Source of the DNA: Chloroflexota bacterium
GTDB lineage: Bacteria; Chloroflexota; UBA6077; JACCZL01
Reading direction: 5' to 3'
NCBI GenBank assembly: GCA_030447245.1
Contig: JAUJPG010000022.1
Span: forward strand, 21,885-85,884
DNA length: 64,000 bases
Shown here one piece after another: positions 53,422 through 64,000 of this stretch. The notes below the pieces were generated by a model, which was given only the letters and a program-made list of their open reading frames with translations, was not told where the DNA came from and ran no database searches. Numbering within the stretch: the first letter of the stretch is position 1; every line of letters begins with the position of its first letter. The translations under genes were made by a program, and so were the position numbers.

Positions 53422-54813
53422 TCAGACGGCCGCGGCGGCCTTCTTGATGCTCTGCGGGGCTGGTTTGTCGATCTTCGTGGGCTTGATGTACCTGGCGACG
53501 AGGTCGCGGCTGTTGGATGCGCCGAGCTGGTCCATCAAGAACTCGAACTTGCCCTGGAGGTCCTGGCCGATGCCAGACCGCGTTGACTCGGGCAGGTTCC
53601 AGACCCGCTGCTTGAACGGACCCCAGGCCTTCTTGCGGGTCTTGTAGACGAACTGGTCGTCCGTCTCGCCTTCCTTGGCTTCATCTGCGCAGTTGTCGCG
53701 GCACCACTGATTGACTTCTTCCAGGAGGTCCTTCGGGAAGTGGCCGCCGTCGTAGGTGATGTTCTGGAACTCGGTCGCCAGGTGGACTTCAAGCGCCTCG
53801 TACCGCGGGAAGTTGCCGAACGCCTCGGACGGCAGGGTTGACGCTCCATGTTGGACCGCCCCGCCCAGGCCGTACTCGCGCGCGACCTCGCCCAGCGTCT
53901 TCAGGGTGTCGAAGTCGATCTTCACCGACGCGATCGTCCCGTCCGGAAGCCGCACGCCGCCGTGGGAGGTGCCGGTCTGGATGCTGACCTTGCTCAAGCC
54001 ACGCGATCCGGAGAAGCGTCGGTTGAAGCCATCCAGGTAGGCCTTGAGCTCGCCGACGGTGCTGTTGTGCTTGCCGACCTCGCCGATCTCGCCGCCAATC
54101 GAGATCGTCACGCCGGCCGGCTCCTCTTGTCGGATCAGCGTGGCCAGCTCGGCGCACCGCTCGTAGTTGTGGCGCTGCTGCTCGTCCAGCGACTCCGGGC
54201 CGAGATCGACCAGCGTCGACGTGTCAATGTCGATGTTGCCGTAACCGGCCGCGATCGCCTCGCGAATGAGCTTGCGCAGCCCCTCGATCTCGGCATCGGG
54301 GTCGGCCTTGTACTTCTTGGCGTTCGCCTGGAAGTGGTCGCCCTGGATGAAGATCGGCCCCTGGTGCCCCTCGCGGATCGCAGCAGCCGTCACGACCGTC
54401 GCGAACTCCTCGCAGTTCTGGAACGTGTAGCCCATCTCGGAGCGCGCCAGCTCGAAGATGAAGGCGGCGCAGTTCTTCGCTTGCGCGGCGCGGACGAGCG
54501 CACGGGCTGTGTCATAGGCCATGCCGCGGACGTTGACCGCCGGAACAGTCAGCCTGTCGTACTCGCCGCGAGCGCGGGCCTTGTAGAGCTCGTCGATCGA
54601 GGCCGACGCGACTCCGACTCCCCAGGCCGCCTGCCAGATCAGCCACCTGGCAGCCGCGCTCGTCTGCTCATCACCGAAGACGGCGGTGTGCACCAGGCGA
54701 TCGATGTGCTCGTTCCGCAGTAGCTCGGGATTGGTGACCTTGACGCCGCCATTGTCCGTCTGGAGGGAGCCTCGGACGGCGCTCAACATCTCGGGTACGC
54801 TGGCGTACTGCAT
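53422..54813 (-). CDS. Class II fructose-bisphosphate aldolase family protein (long variant)
   Basis: VPAVN, QGDH, DIDTS, GGEIGEVG, GTSHGG, VQHGAS. Confidence 0.85.
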   Translation of the reverse strand: MQYASVPEMLSAVRGSLQTDNGGVKVTNPELLRNEHIDRLVHTAVFGDEQTSAAARWLIWQAAWGVGVASASIDELYKARARGEYDRLTVPAVNVRGMAYDTARALVRAAQAKNCAAFIFELARSEMGYTFQNCEEFATVVTAAAIREGHQGPIFIQGDHFQANAKKYKADPDAEIEGLRKLIREAIAAGYGNIDIDTSTLVDLGPESLDEQQRHNYERCAELATLIRQEEPAGVTISIGGEIGEVGKHNSTVGELKAYLDGFNRRFSGSRGLSKVSIQTGTSHGGVRLPDGTIASVKIDFDTLKTLGEVAREYGLGGAVQHGASTLPSEAFGNFPRYEALEVHLATEFQNITYDGGHFPKDLLEEVNQWCRDNCADEAKEGETDDQFVYKTRKKAWGPFKQRVWNLPESTRSGIGQDLQGKFEFLMDQLGASNSRDLVARYIKPTKIDKPAPQSIKKAAAAV

Positions 54814-55033
54814 GGCATCGTCTCCTTCCGGCGTCCTCAACGACGCGGACCTCAATATAGCACGCCCCTGTGCGAGCGGTGGCCGCTCGTGCGAGCGGCC
54901 GCCGGGGCGCGGCAGCGCTCGCGCTTACTGGTACACTGCCGTGAGATAGGGTGACCGCTCGGGCGGGGCCGCGCTGGCGCATGGGGATCCGATCGCGGCG
55001 CAGAGCTCCCGCGCAGCGAGCCGGGACGGGGTG

Positions 55034-55429
55034 ATGGCGAGGCACTTCACGCGCGAAGAGGCAACCGCTCTTCTGCCCGAGATCGCCCCGCTATTGGAGG
55101 AGATCGTCGACCTCCGAGCGCGCCTTGAGCGTGCCGGGCACGACCTCGTGGCACTGCATTGGAAGGCGCGAACCAACGGCCACGTCGACCACGAGGGCTC
55201 GTTCACGTCCGGCCAGTCGGCGCGGGCCGAGCTGCTGGCCGAGATCAGCGCGCGGGTGGCGCGCATCCAGAGTCTGGGAGTCGAGCTGAAGGACCCCGCA
55301 CTGGGCCTGATCGACTTCCCGTCGCTGCGCGAGGGCCGCGTCGTCCACCTGTGCTGGCGCCTGGGGGAGGACGGGATCAACTGGTGGCACGACCTCGACT
55401 CCGGCTTCGCGGGCCGGCAGCCGCTGTAA
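55034..55429 (+). CDS. DUF2203 domain protein
   Basis: FTREEATALLP, LKDPALGLIDFP, LCWRLGE, WWH..SGFAGRQP. Confidence 0.92.
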   Translation: MARHFTREEATALLPEIAPLLEEIVDLRARLERAGHDLVALHWKARTNGHVDHEGSFTSGQSARAELLAEISARVARIQSLGVELKDPALGLIDFPSLREGRVVHLCWRLGEDGINWWHDLDSGFAGRQPL

Positions 55430-55456
55430 GCTCGGCATTCCGCCGAACGATCCTGG

Positions 55457-56563
55457 ATGCACGTTGCCGTCGACGCTCGCCTGACCGGCTACACGGCCGC
55501 TGGGATCGCCCGCTACACCTGGGAGCTGGCGGATGCGCTCGCCTCGATGGCGCCGGAGCATCGATTCACCTGGCTCGGGAGCAGGCATAAGGCTCTACCC
55601 TTCTCGGTAGCTCCAGACCAGCGCCGGCTGCGACGGGCGACGTTGTTGACACCACCGCACCACCGGTGGGAGCAGCTCACGTTGCCGCTGGAACTGCTGC
55701 GGACACGCCCGAACCTGCTCCACAGTCCCGACTTCATCCCGCCGTTCCGCCGCTGGTGCCCGGCGGTCATCACGATTCACGATCTCGGTTTCCTGCTCTT
55801 CCCCGAGACGCTGACCGACGAGAGTCGCCGCTACTACGGCCAGGTGGGCCGGGCCGTGCGGAGCGCCGAGCGGATCATTGCCGTCTCGCACAGCACGGCC
55901 TGTGACCTGGCGGAGCGCCTCGGAGTGACGAGTCGCGTGCGGGTCATCCATAACGGCATCGGCGCGGAGTTTCGCCCGCGCACGGCCGCTGAGGTAGCGG
56001 CCGCTCGGCGGCAGTACGGGCTGGACAAGCCGTACATCCTCTTCCTGGGCACACTGGAACCGCGCAAGAATGTCGTCACGCTGCTGCGGGCATTCCGGGC
56101 CGTTCGCGCCCGACACGACGTTCAGCTTGCCCTGGCCGGCCGCCGTGGCTGGCTGTACCAGCCGATCTTCGACGAGATCGAGCGGCTCGGTCTCGGCCGC
56201 GACGTGCGGATCATCGACAACGCACGGGCGGATCGCTTCCCGGCCCTTTACAGCGGCGCGTCGGCCTTCGCCTACCCGTCGCTCTACGAAGGTTTCGGCT
56301 TGCCGCCGCTCGAAGCGATGGCGTGCGGGACGCCAACGGCCGTGGCCGACACGTCCTCGCTGCCCGAGGTCGTCGGCGACGCGGCGCTTCTCCACCCGCC
56401 GACCGACCACCTGGCGCTGGCGGAGGCCCTGCTCCGCCTGCTCGAAGACGAGACGCTGCGTGCCGACCTCAGGCGACGCGGGTTGGCCCGGGCGACTCGC
56501 TTCACCTGGCAGGAGGCGGCGCGGCAGACGCTCGACGTGTACAAGGAAGCGCTTGGCGGGTAG
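55457..56563 (+). CDS. Glycosyltransferase family 4
   Basis: GTLEPRKN, YEGFGLPPLEAMACG. Confidence 0.94.
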   Translation: MHVAVDARLTGYTAAGIARYTWELADALASMAPEHRFTWLGSRHKALPFSVAPDQRRLRRATLLTPPHHRWEQLTLPLELLRTRPNLLHSPDFIPPFRRWCPAVITIHDLGFLLFPETLTDESRRYYGQVGRAVRSAERIIAVSHSTACDLAERLGVTSRVRVIHNGIGAEFRPRTAAEVAAARRQYGLDKPYILFLGTLEPRKNVVTLLRAFRAVRARHDVQLALAGRRGWLYQPIFDEIERLGLGRDVRIIDNARADRFPALYSGASAFAYPSLYEGFGLPPLEAMACGTPTAVADTSSLPEVVGDAALLHPPTDHLALAEALLRLLEDETLRADLRRRGLARATRFTWQEAARQTLDVYKEALGG

Positions 56564-56674
56564 GAGCGCACGACACGATGGATGCCCTCCGTGAGGCAGC
56601 GTGCATGCATGGCTCGAGCGGACGCACAGCGTGCACCTTGCGCCGCGGGCGCCACCGCTGGTATGCCCCGGTGG

Positions 56675-57883
56675 GTGAAGATCCTGTTTCTTACGCCGCG
56701 CTTCCCGTACCCGCTGGACGGCGGGACCAATCTCCGCAACTTCCGCTTGATGCAGGCGGCAGCGACCGAGCACGAGGTCTCCTTGCTCTCGTTCCTAGAC
56801 CGCCCGATCCGCACCCAGGATCTCGAGCCAGTCCAGGCGCTCTGCCGACGGGTGGAGCTCCGATCGGCGCCAGTGCACCGCGCGGCCTGGCGGATCGCGA
56901 CGACACTCGGCTCGCCGCTGCCGGACATGGCGTACCGCCGCTGGTCACCGCGCTTCGCCGGAGCGCTCCGTTCGTTCCTGGATGAGGAACGCCCGGACGT
57001 GGTCGACGTCGAAGGTATCGAGATGGCCCGCTATCTCCCGCTCTGCGAGGGCGTTGGACGGGTTCTCGGCGAGCACAACGTCGAGTACCTGCTCCAGGCG
57101 CGCATCCGGGACGTCGATCGGCGCCATCCGCGCCGCTGGCCGCGGGCGGCCTACTCACTGGTGCAGGCCCACAAACTGGCCCGCTTCGAGCGGGCGGCCT
57201 GTGGGCTGGCCGATCGCGTGGTGGCGGTCTCCCGGGAGGATGCAGCGGCGTTGGCCCGACTCCAGCCGAGCGGACGGTACGCGGTGGTCCCGAACGCGGT
57301 CGACACGGCCGCCTATCCAGATCAGCGGGACGAACCGGAGCGGCCGGGCCTGCTGTTCACGGGGACCTTCGACTTCCGGCCAAACGCGGACGCGATTGCC
57401 TGGTTCCTGGACGAGATCTTCCCGCGGGTTCGGGCGCGCCACGCCGCCGCGCGGGTCTGGGTGGTCGGCCGAGGACCAAGTCGGGCGCTCGTTGCACGGG
57501 GGCAGATTGATTCGGCGATCGCGGTGACCGGAGCGGTCGACCGGCTCGATCCGTACTGGGAGCGGGCGAGCGTGTACGTGCTGCCGATGCGGACGGGCGG
57601 CGGCGTACGATTCAAGGCGCTCGAAGCGATGGCAGCCGGTGTGCCGATCGTCTCGACGCGGCTCGGCATGGAGGGCATCGGCGCCGAGCCGGAACGGCAC
57701 TATCTGGCGGCGGACTCGGCCGACGCGTTCGCCAGGGCGGTCGAGCGCCTGCTGGACGACGCGGCACTACGCGCGCGGCTGGCCATCGAGGCGCGCCGGC
57801 TCGTCCGCGAGCGTTACGACTGGCGTGCGGTTGCGCCGGCGCTGTTGGCGGTCTACCGCGGGCTGGATCGAGCATCGGCGTGA
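56675..57883 (+). CDS. Glycosyltransferase family 4
   Basis: PRFPYPLDGG, EHNVEY, GGGVRFKALEAMAAG. Confidence 0.92.
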   Translation: MKILFLTPRFPYPLDGGTNLRNFRLMQAAATEHEVSLLSFLDRPIRTQDLEPVQALCRRVELRSAPVHRAAWRIATTLGSPLPDMAYRRWSPRFAGALRSFLDEERPDVVDVEGIEMARYLPLCEGVGRVLGEHNVEYLLQARIRDVDRRHPRRWPRAAYSLVQAHKLARFERAACGLADRVVAVSREDAAALARLQPSGRYAVVPNAVDTAAYPDQRDEPERPGLLFTGTFDFRPNADAIAWFLDEIFPRVRARHAAARVWVVGRGPSRALVARGQIDSAIAVTGAVDRLDPYWERASVYVLPMRTGGGVRFKALEAMAAGVPIVSTRLGMEGIGAEPERHYLAADSADAFARAVERLLDDAALRARLAIEARRLVRERYDWRAVAPALLAVYRGLDRASA

Positions 57884-59098
57884 GCCTCGGTCGGCGGGTG
57901 GCGCTGCTGGGCCTGGCCGGCGTGCTGCTGCTGCTGGCCACGCCGGCGCGCCGAGTGGCCTGGGAGGCGATCGACCTCGAGACGCGCCACCGGATGATTG
58001 CTATCGGCTCGCGGCTGGTCGCCCGCCGCGTCGAGACGGCCGACGAGGTTGTGGTGAGCCCGCAGGTGGACAATCCGATCGGCGTCAACGTCTTTCTGGA
58101 CCAGGAGACGTCCGAGGCCCGCCGGCGCAGCTTCGAGATGCTGCGGGCGGCAGGTGTGGGCTGGGTGCGACAGCAGTTCGCCTGGAAAGAGATCGAGCGG
58201 GACGGAAAGGGCGATTTCCTCGACCGCAAGTGGAACGTCAGCGCCTGGGACAGCTACGACGAGATCGTCAACCTCGCGCTGGCCCACGACATTCAGGTTA
58301 TCGCCCGCGTCGACACGTCGCCGGCCTGGGCCAGGCCGGGCAACGACTGGGAGCAGTCACCGCCCGCGCGCGATGAGGACCTGGGCGACTTCGTGTACGC
58401 CCTGGCCGAGCGCTACCGGGGACGGGTACGCGCCTACCAGATCTGGAACGAGCCGAACCTGGCGATCGAGTGGGGACGCCAGGCGCCGGACCCGGCGGGG
58501 TACGCACGCCTCCTCCGGGTAGCCCGCGACCGGATCAAGCAGGCCGACCCGGGCGCGATCGTGCTGAGCGCGTCGATGGCGCCGACGCTCGAGGAGAGCG
58601 AGGATGCTCTCAACGAGCTGCGCTACCTCCAGGAGATGTACGACGCGGGCGCGGGTGGGGCATTTGACGTGCTGGGCATCCAGGCGTACGGTCTGCGGAG
58701 CGGCCCGGACGATCGGCGACTGTCCAGCGGAGACGTCAACGTCTCGCGGGCGCTGCTGGTGCGCGAGCTCATGGTCCGCAACGGCGATGCCGCCAAGCCC
58801 ATCTGGGCGACGGAGATCGGCTGGAACGCGCAGCCGTCGAGCTTTCCAGGACCGGTCCCATACGGGGCCGTGAGCGCGGAGCTCCAGGCCCGCTACACCA
58901 TCCGCGCGTTCGAGCGGGCGCGCGTGGAGTGGCCGTGGATGGGCGTGATGGCGGTCTGGTTCCTCAAGCTGAACGAACCATGGCAGCCGGCCCAGCCCTG
59001 GCACTCTTTTTAGCATCCTGGAGCCCGACTTCACGCCGCGCCCGATCTACCACGCCCTGCGCGCGTACGCAGCCGAGCGCGGACTGCGGGGACACGGA
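57880..59098 (+). CDS. Clan GH-A glycoside hydrolase (GH5/GH39-like), membrane-anchored; frameshift near 59010
   Basis: YQIWNEPN (acid/base), IWATEIGW (nucleophile); continuation FSILEPDFTPRPIYHAL. Confidence 0.85.
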
Positions 59099-60756
59099 AT
59101 GAGGCAGGCGCGCCTGCCTCATTCCGTGTCCCCTGGCATCCTGGTCCTGGCGGCGGCGCTCCGCGGGTATCGTCTGGACGCCCAGAGCCTCTGGTACGAC
59201 GAGGGCGTGAGCGCCTTCATGACCACGCGCGGGCCCGCCGAGATCGCGCTGGCGGCCGCCGCGGACATCCACCCGCCTCTGTACTACTGGCTGCTCGCCG
59301 CCTGGGCAGTCCCCTTTGGGGCCGGGCGAGGTGGCGCTACGGGGGCTGTCAGCCGTCCTGGGGACGATGACGGTCTGGGTCGTCTGGCGGCCGGGGCGCC
59401 GCCTCTCCGACGACGTGGTGGGCCTGGCTGCCGCGGCTCTGCTGGCGGTCTCGCCGCTGGCGGTCCAGTACGGCCAGGAGGTGCGGATGTACGCGCTGGC
59501 CGGCCTGCTGGCGGCGGCGGCGACCTGGGCGTACCTGGTGCTGCTGGAGAGCATCGCACTGGGGCGCTCGGAGGCCAGGACAATCCTGCTGTATGCGCTG
59601 CTGTCCGCGGCGCTAATCTACAGCCACTACTACGGGGTGCTCGTGCTGGCCGCCCACCAGCTCCACGCCGCAGGGAGGATCATCAGCGGCTGGAGGCGCG
59701 ACCTCATGGTCAGCGTGTCGCGGAGCGGCGCCGCGGTACCGGCGGTGGCGGGGTCGTCATCGGGCGGCAGCGTGAGCGGCTGCTGCCGTGGCTGCTGGCG
59801 AGCGGGCTCATCGCCGCGCTGTACCTGCCCTGGCTGCCGTATGCCCTGCGCCAGACGGGCGACTACCTTGGGCCTGGGGACACCCCAGCCGCCGTGGGCG
59901 CTGGTGCTGGACGCGGTAAACGTGCTGTCGCTCGGGATCGCCACGACACGGTTCGAGCTTCGGTGGCCCTGGTGCCATTCGTCATCCTGGCGCTTCTCGG
60001 GCTGGCCCGAAGGAGTGAACGGCCGCGGCCAGGTGCCAGGGATCGACGACGTCCGTCGGTGCATTGCTGGCGCTCTGGTTGGTGATCCCAATTGGTGGGA
60101 TCGTCGCCCTCTCGGCGACGCGGCCGCTCTACGAGCCGCGTTTTCTGATGCTGGTCCTGCCAGCCTGGACGATCCTCGTCGCGGCCGGCGGCGTTGGCGT
60201 GAGTCGTGCGGCGGTTCGCTGGGGCGCCCGGCGTGGGCTGGCACCGAGCGGGCGGAGCGTCCTCGCGGGGGTGGTCGGCGCCGGGTTGCTCGCGATGTTG
60301 CTGGTCCCGACCGCGCGCTCGCTGGCGGCGTACTACTTCGATCCAGCATACGCCCGCGATGATTATCGCGGTCTGGCCCGCCGGGTCGCCGAGCTGGAGC
60401 AGCCGTCCGACGCCGTCATCTTGACGGCTCCCGGTCAGGCCGAGATCTTTGGCTACTACTATCGTGGGAGCGCCGACCTCTTTCCGCTGCCGGCCCAGCG
60501 GCCGATCAACCCGGCCGATACCCTCGCCCGGCTTGAAGCCGTGGCGAACGGTCATCGGCGCGTCTGGTTCGTGCGCTGGGCGGCCAGCGAGGCCGATCCG
60601 GACGACTTGATCGGCGGCTGGCTTCACGACCACGGCCGCCCGACTCTCCTCGAGCGCTTTGGCCGCGTCGAGCTCCACCGATACGATTTGAGCGGGCAAG
60701 CGAAACAGGAGGATCGGTCGATCGCACGCTCCGAGGACGTGACCGATGGCCGCTGA
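59099..60756 (+). CDS. GT39/PMT-like (GT-C) membrane glycosyltransferase (frameshifted)
   Basis: SLWYDEG, DIHPPLYY, QEVRMY, YSHYY, YEPRF, DDYRG. Confidence 0.85.
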
Positions 60757-61750
60757 GCCGCGGGCCGCGCGGGCGTCCTCGGTGGGACTCTGCCTGACCG
60801 TGCTGAACGAGGCGGCCGGCATCGACGAGCTGCTCGCATCGGTCGAGGCTCAGACGCGAGCGCCGGACCGCATCGTGATCGTCGACGGTGGGTCGACCGA
60901 CGGGACTCCCGAGCGGATCGCCTCCTGGCGCGAGCGCGGGCTGCCGATCGAGCTCCTGGTGCGGCAAGGTGCCAACATCTCCGTCGGCCGCAACCTGGCG
61001 ATTGCTCAAGCCGAGACCGACTTGATCGCAGTCACCGACGCCGGTGTGCGGCTGGAGCCGCGGTGGCTGGCCGCGTTGGTCCGCCCGTTCGAGGAGCCGG
61101 AGCCGCCGGACGTCGTCGCCGGGTTCTTCGTCGCCGACCCACGCTCGACCTGGGAGCTGGCGCTCGGGGCGACGACGCTGCCCGCCGTGGACGAGATTCG
61201 GCCGGAGCAGTTCTTGCCGTCGAGCCGGTCCATCGCGTTCCGGCGCGCGGCCTGGACTCGGGTGGGCGGCTACCCGGACTGGCTCGATTACTGCGAGGAC
61301 CTGGTGTTCGACCTGGCCCTGCGGGCGGCGGGGTGCCGGTTCGGCTGGGCGCCGGACGCGCGGGTCCACTTTCGGCCTCGCCCTGGCCCGTGGGCCTTCT
61401 TCGTCCAGTACTACCGCTACGCGCGCGGCGACGGCAAGGCCGATCTCTGGCGTCGCCGCCACGCCATCCGCTACGCCACCTACCTGGGTCTCCTGCTCGC
61501 CCCGCGGCTGGTTCGCGGCCGCCGCTGGCTGCTCGCCGCCCTGGCCCTCGCGGCCGGCGCCTACGTCCGCCGCCCCTACGCCCGGCTGCTGCCGAGCCTG
61601 GCCGGCCTCTCAGCCCGCGAGCGCGCAGCCGCCCTCGCCTGGGTACCCGTCATCCGCCTGCTGGGCGACGTGGCCAAGATGCTCGGCTACCCGCCCGGCG
61701 TGATCTGGCGTGCGCGTCGCGGCCGGAGGGCCGATGAGGATAGCCGATGA
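60746..61750 (+). CDS. Glycosyltransferase family 2
   Basis: TVLNEA, VDGGSTDGT, TDAG, GGYPDWLDYCEDL. Confidence 0.92.
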   Translation: MAAEPRAARASSVGLCLTVLNEAAGIDELLASVEAQTRAPDRIVIVDGGSTDGTPERIASWRERGLPIELLVRQGANISVGRNLAIAQAETDLIAVTDAGVRLEPRWLAALVRPFEEPEPPDVVAGFFVADPRSTWELALGATTLPAVDEIRPEQFLPSSRSIAFRRAAWTRVGGYPDWLDYCEDLVFDLALRAAGCRFGWAPDARVHFRPRPGPWAFFVQYYRYARGDGKADLWRRRHAIRYATYLGLLLAPRLVRGRRWLLAALALAAGAYVRRPYARLLPSLAGLSARERAAALAWVPVIRLLGDVAKMLGYPPGVIWRARRGRRADEDSR

Positions 61751-61833
61751 AGCAGGGCGCGCCGCAACGATGCACGAGCGATACCCGGCCGCGTATCGCT
61801 CGAGGCACGGGGACGCGAGCTGCAGTCGGCGTT

Positions 61834-62358
61834 CTAGCCGAGCAGGCTTGCCAGGTCGGACTCTCGCTCTTCTCGCTGACCGTCCCGCGGTACACGGGAC
61901 AGCGTGACCGCCTGGGCTTCACCGGGCTCCGCCATCACCGCCAGCCGTGTGGCCAGACGACGGATGACCGCTTGTTCGTCCGTGCCCCCATCAGTCAGCG
62001 TGCGGCCGCCAAGGGCAGCGTTGCCGATCCAGGAGCCGTCAGGCAATTGCTGGACGTGTAGGACAGCCGGTTGGGCGGCCGCCCCTGGTCCCGTGCCGCC
62101 CAACTTCTCCGCCGCTGCCCGAGCCGTTTCGGTCGCGCGAGCCGCCGTGTCCTTGACCGACGTCGGCAGAGGCGCGTCCTGGATGGCCTGGCCGGCCCGC
62201 TCGACCGCGGTGGCGGCTATCGGCGCGGCAGACTGTGCCGTGCGACGCAGGGGCTCCCGCGTGGCGGCGAGCCACCGCTGAGCCTGCTCGCGAGCGGGCG
62301 CCGACCGATACAGCCAAGCGGCCAGCGCTCCCGCAGCCGCTGCGACCAACCCTTTCAT
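61834..62358 (-). CDS. Hypothetical protein with N-terminal membrane anchor
   Basis: GGAGG RBS; MKGLVAAAAGALAAWLY. Confidence 0.6.
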   Translation of the reverse strand: MKGLVAAAAGALAAWLYRSAPAREQAQRWLAATREPLRRTAQSAAPIAATAVERAGQAIQDAPLPTSVKDTAARATETARAAAEKLGGTGPGAAAQPAVLHVQQLPDGSWIGNAALGGRTLTDGGTDEQAVIRRLATRLAVMAEPGEAQAVTLSRVPRDGQREERESDLASLLG

Positions 62359-62454
62359 AGTAGCTGCCTCCATCCCGGGATTCATTCCGTCGTTGGGCGT
62401 CCCAGCCCATGGGGCCTCGAACGAGGCCCCCGCTCCGATGCCTGACCACTCCAG

Positions 62455-62949
62455 CTACGTCGTGCTACCCTCGCGGTGCTCCTCGCCGCTGGTGATCGCC
62501 CGCTGCCCACCGGTCTCGATCTGGATGCGACGCGCCTTGGCGCGCTCGACCTTCGGCAGCGTCAGGCGGAGCACCCCATCCGCATACGTCGCCTGGACGG
62601 CATCCGTGTCGGCCGTGTCGGGCAGGCGCACGCTGCGGCTGAAGCGGCCGCTGCGGTACTCGCGGATCAGGTAGTTGCGCTCCTTCCGTTCCTCCTCGGC
62701 TTTCGTCTCACCTCGGATGGTGAGCACGCCCTGGTCGATGCTGACGTCGATGTCCTCGGGCTTCATGCCCGGCAGCTGGGTCTCGATGACGAAATTGTCG
62801 CCCTCCTCATACGCGTTCAAAGCGGGGCCGCCTCCACTGCCGAGCTGGCCCACTACACTCCGCGGCGCGACGAACGCATCTTCCAACAAACGGTCCATGA
62901 CCTGACGCAGGCCCAACGCCTGCCCAGCGGCACCCTGGCGCTCGATCAT
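62455..62949 (-). CDS. Hsp20/alpha-crystallin small heat-shock protein
   Basis: LPGMKPEDIDV, LTIRGE, GRFSRSVRLP, ATYADGVLRLTLPK. Confidence 0.95.
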   Translation of the reverse strand: MIERQGAAGQALGLRQVMDRLLEDAFVAPRSVVGQLGSGGGPALNAYEEGDNFVIETQLPGMKPEDIDVSIDQGVLTIRGETKAEEERKERNYLIREYRSGRFSRSVRLPDTADTDAVQATYADGVLRLTLPKVERAKARRIQIETGGQRAITSGEEHREGSTT

Positions 62950-63146
62950 GATGTCCTCCCTGGTGATGTCTAGTGTCGTTGGGTTCCCTTGTAACACCCG
63001 ATCTGTTAGATGGCCACTAGAGGGATGTCAGATCACCGTCAGAATCGAGAGCGACGTCCCCAGTCCGACCCCGTCGGCCTGTCCAGATTGCCCAGCCGGA
63101 GGCAGCACCGTGCTGACATGCCGCGAGGCACGGCCTGGTTGACCAG

Positions 63147-64000
63147 TTAGGGGGTTGGGCTAGGCTGCGGGCTGGGTGCTAGCGTCGGTCCGGGCTTTGG
63201 CGGGGCGCCGGTCGGCTTCGGCTCAGCCGCGGGGGCTGGCGTCGTGTCGACCCGCGCCGGAGGAGACGGCTGCACGACGCCAGGCGACGGCGACGGCGAC
63301 GGCGCGGCGGGCATCACCCCCACCGCGACGGATCCCGGGCGTCGGCCCACGGGCAGCGTGGTGGTCGCCCGATTGGCGGCGGTGTCCCAGTACACCAGCG
63401 TGTTATCCGCGGTCGTCACGAAGATACGACCGGGCTCCCGCCCCGCGACGACCGCCAGCGCGCCCTGGCCCACGTCGAACTCGCCAGCGAGCTGGTTGGT
63501 CGCGAGGTCGATCCTGGCCAGGTTCTGGTTCGGCTCATTCGCCGTGACGTACAGGAAGCGGCCGTCCGCGCTCGCGGCCAGCCCGGTGAGGTTGGAGCGG
63601 GCCCGAATCGTGGCGAGCGGCCGATGCGCCTGGGCGTCGAGCACCACCACGCTGTCGGCGCCCGCGTCCAGCACGAACACCCGGGTCCCGTCGGGCGTGG
63701 CGTCGACGTCCGTCGGCCTGGAGCCGACCTGGACGGTCTCGAGCACGCGTCGGGCCTCGACGTCGACGACCGACACGGTCCCGGCGCCCTCGTTGGTCAC
63801 AAACGCCTTGACTGTCCCGCCCACGCCGACCACAACCACGCCGCGCGGCCGGTCGCCGACTTGGAGGGTAGCCGTCATGCCGCGGGTGACGGCGTCGAAG
63901 AGGGCCAGCGAGTTGTCGCCACTGTTAGCGACGTACCCCTGCCCGGCCCGGGCCGAGATCAGGAGTCCGTCCGGCTGGGAGCCGACCGTCACCTCGCCGA
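63147..64000 (-). CDS. YVTN/YncE beta-propeller protein with Pro-rich tail; 5' end outside window
   Basis: Repeats VGxxP, YVANSG, FVTNEG, YVTANE. Confidence 0.88.
   Translation of the reverse strand, partial: GEVTVGSQPDGLLISARAGQGYVANSGDNSLALFDAVTRGMTATLQVGDRPRGVVVVGVGGTVKAFVTNEGAGTVSVVDVEARRVLETVQVGSRPTDVDATPDGTRVFVLDAGADSVVVLDAQAHRPLATIRARSNLTGLAASADGRFLYVTANEPNQNLARIDLATNQLAGEFDVGQGALAVVAGREPGRIFVTTADNTLVYWDTAANRATTTLPVGRRPGSVAVGVMPAAPSPSPSPGVVQPSPPARVDTTPAPAAEPKPTGAPPKPGPTLAPSPQPSPTP

Noticed and set aside
62950..63140. CIRCE or HAIR operator upstream of Hsp20
   Set aside because: No match to TTAGCACTC-N9-GAGTGCTAA or CTTGAGT-N7-ACTCAAG seen

Overview
High-GC (about 70%) bacterial window whose gene content looks Chloroflexota-like (inference from gene families, not from a marker gene). 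Many genes are split by single-base frameshifts, most likely long-read consensus errors, so several CDS bounds are approximate. From left to right: the 3' end of argC/lysY; a general-stress cluster (hemerythrin, CsbD, YflT-like, DUF1360) whose genes each carry an upstream sigma54-type -24/-12 motif; a tRNA-Arg(CCT) 3' fragment resembling an att site; toxin-antitoxin debris; metabolic enzymes and a TPR protein; an IS630 with intact ends; a surface-glycosylation operon (GT2, DUF2064, Cys-motif epimerase, a 1516-aa DUF2079-GH31 fusion, Mo oxidoreductase) facing DUF5010; pgi; an IS481-like element interleaved with an M23/SH3 gene; a palindromic MITE abutting a second IS630; a foreign-looking Zn-ribbon/pentapeptide gene cluster; two CARDB paralogs behind a LuxR-ATPase; three LLM oxidoreductases; a DEAD-box helicase with a terminator-containing leader; a class II aldolase; a second glycosylation cluster; Hsp20; and a YVTN propeller. 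No CRISPR array, rRNA or intact tRNA was seen.
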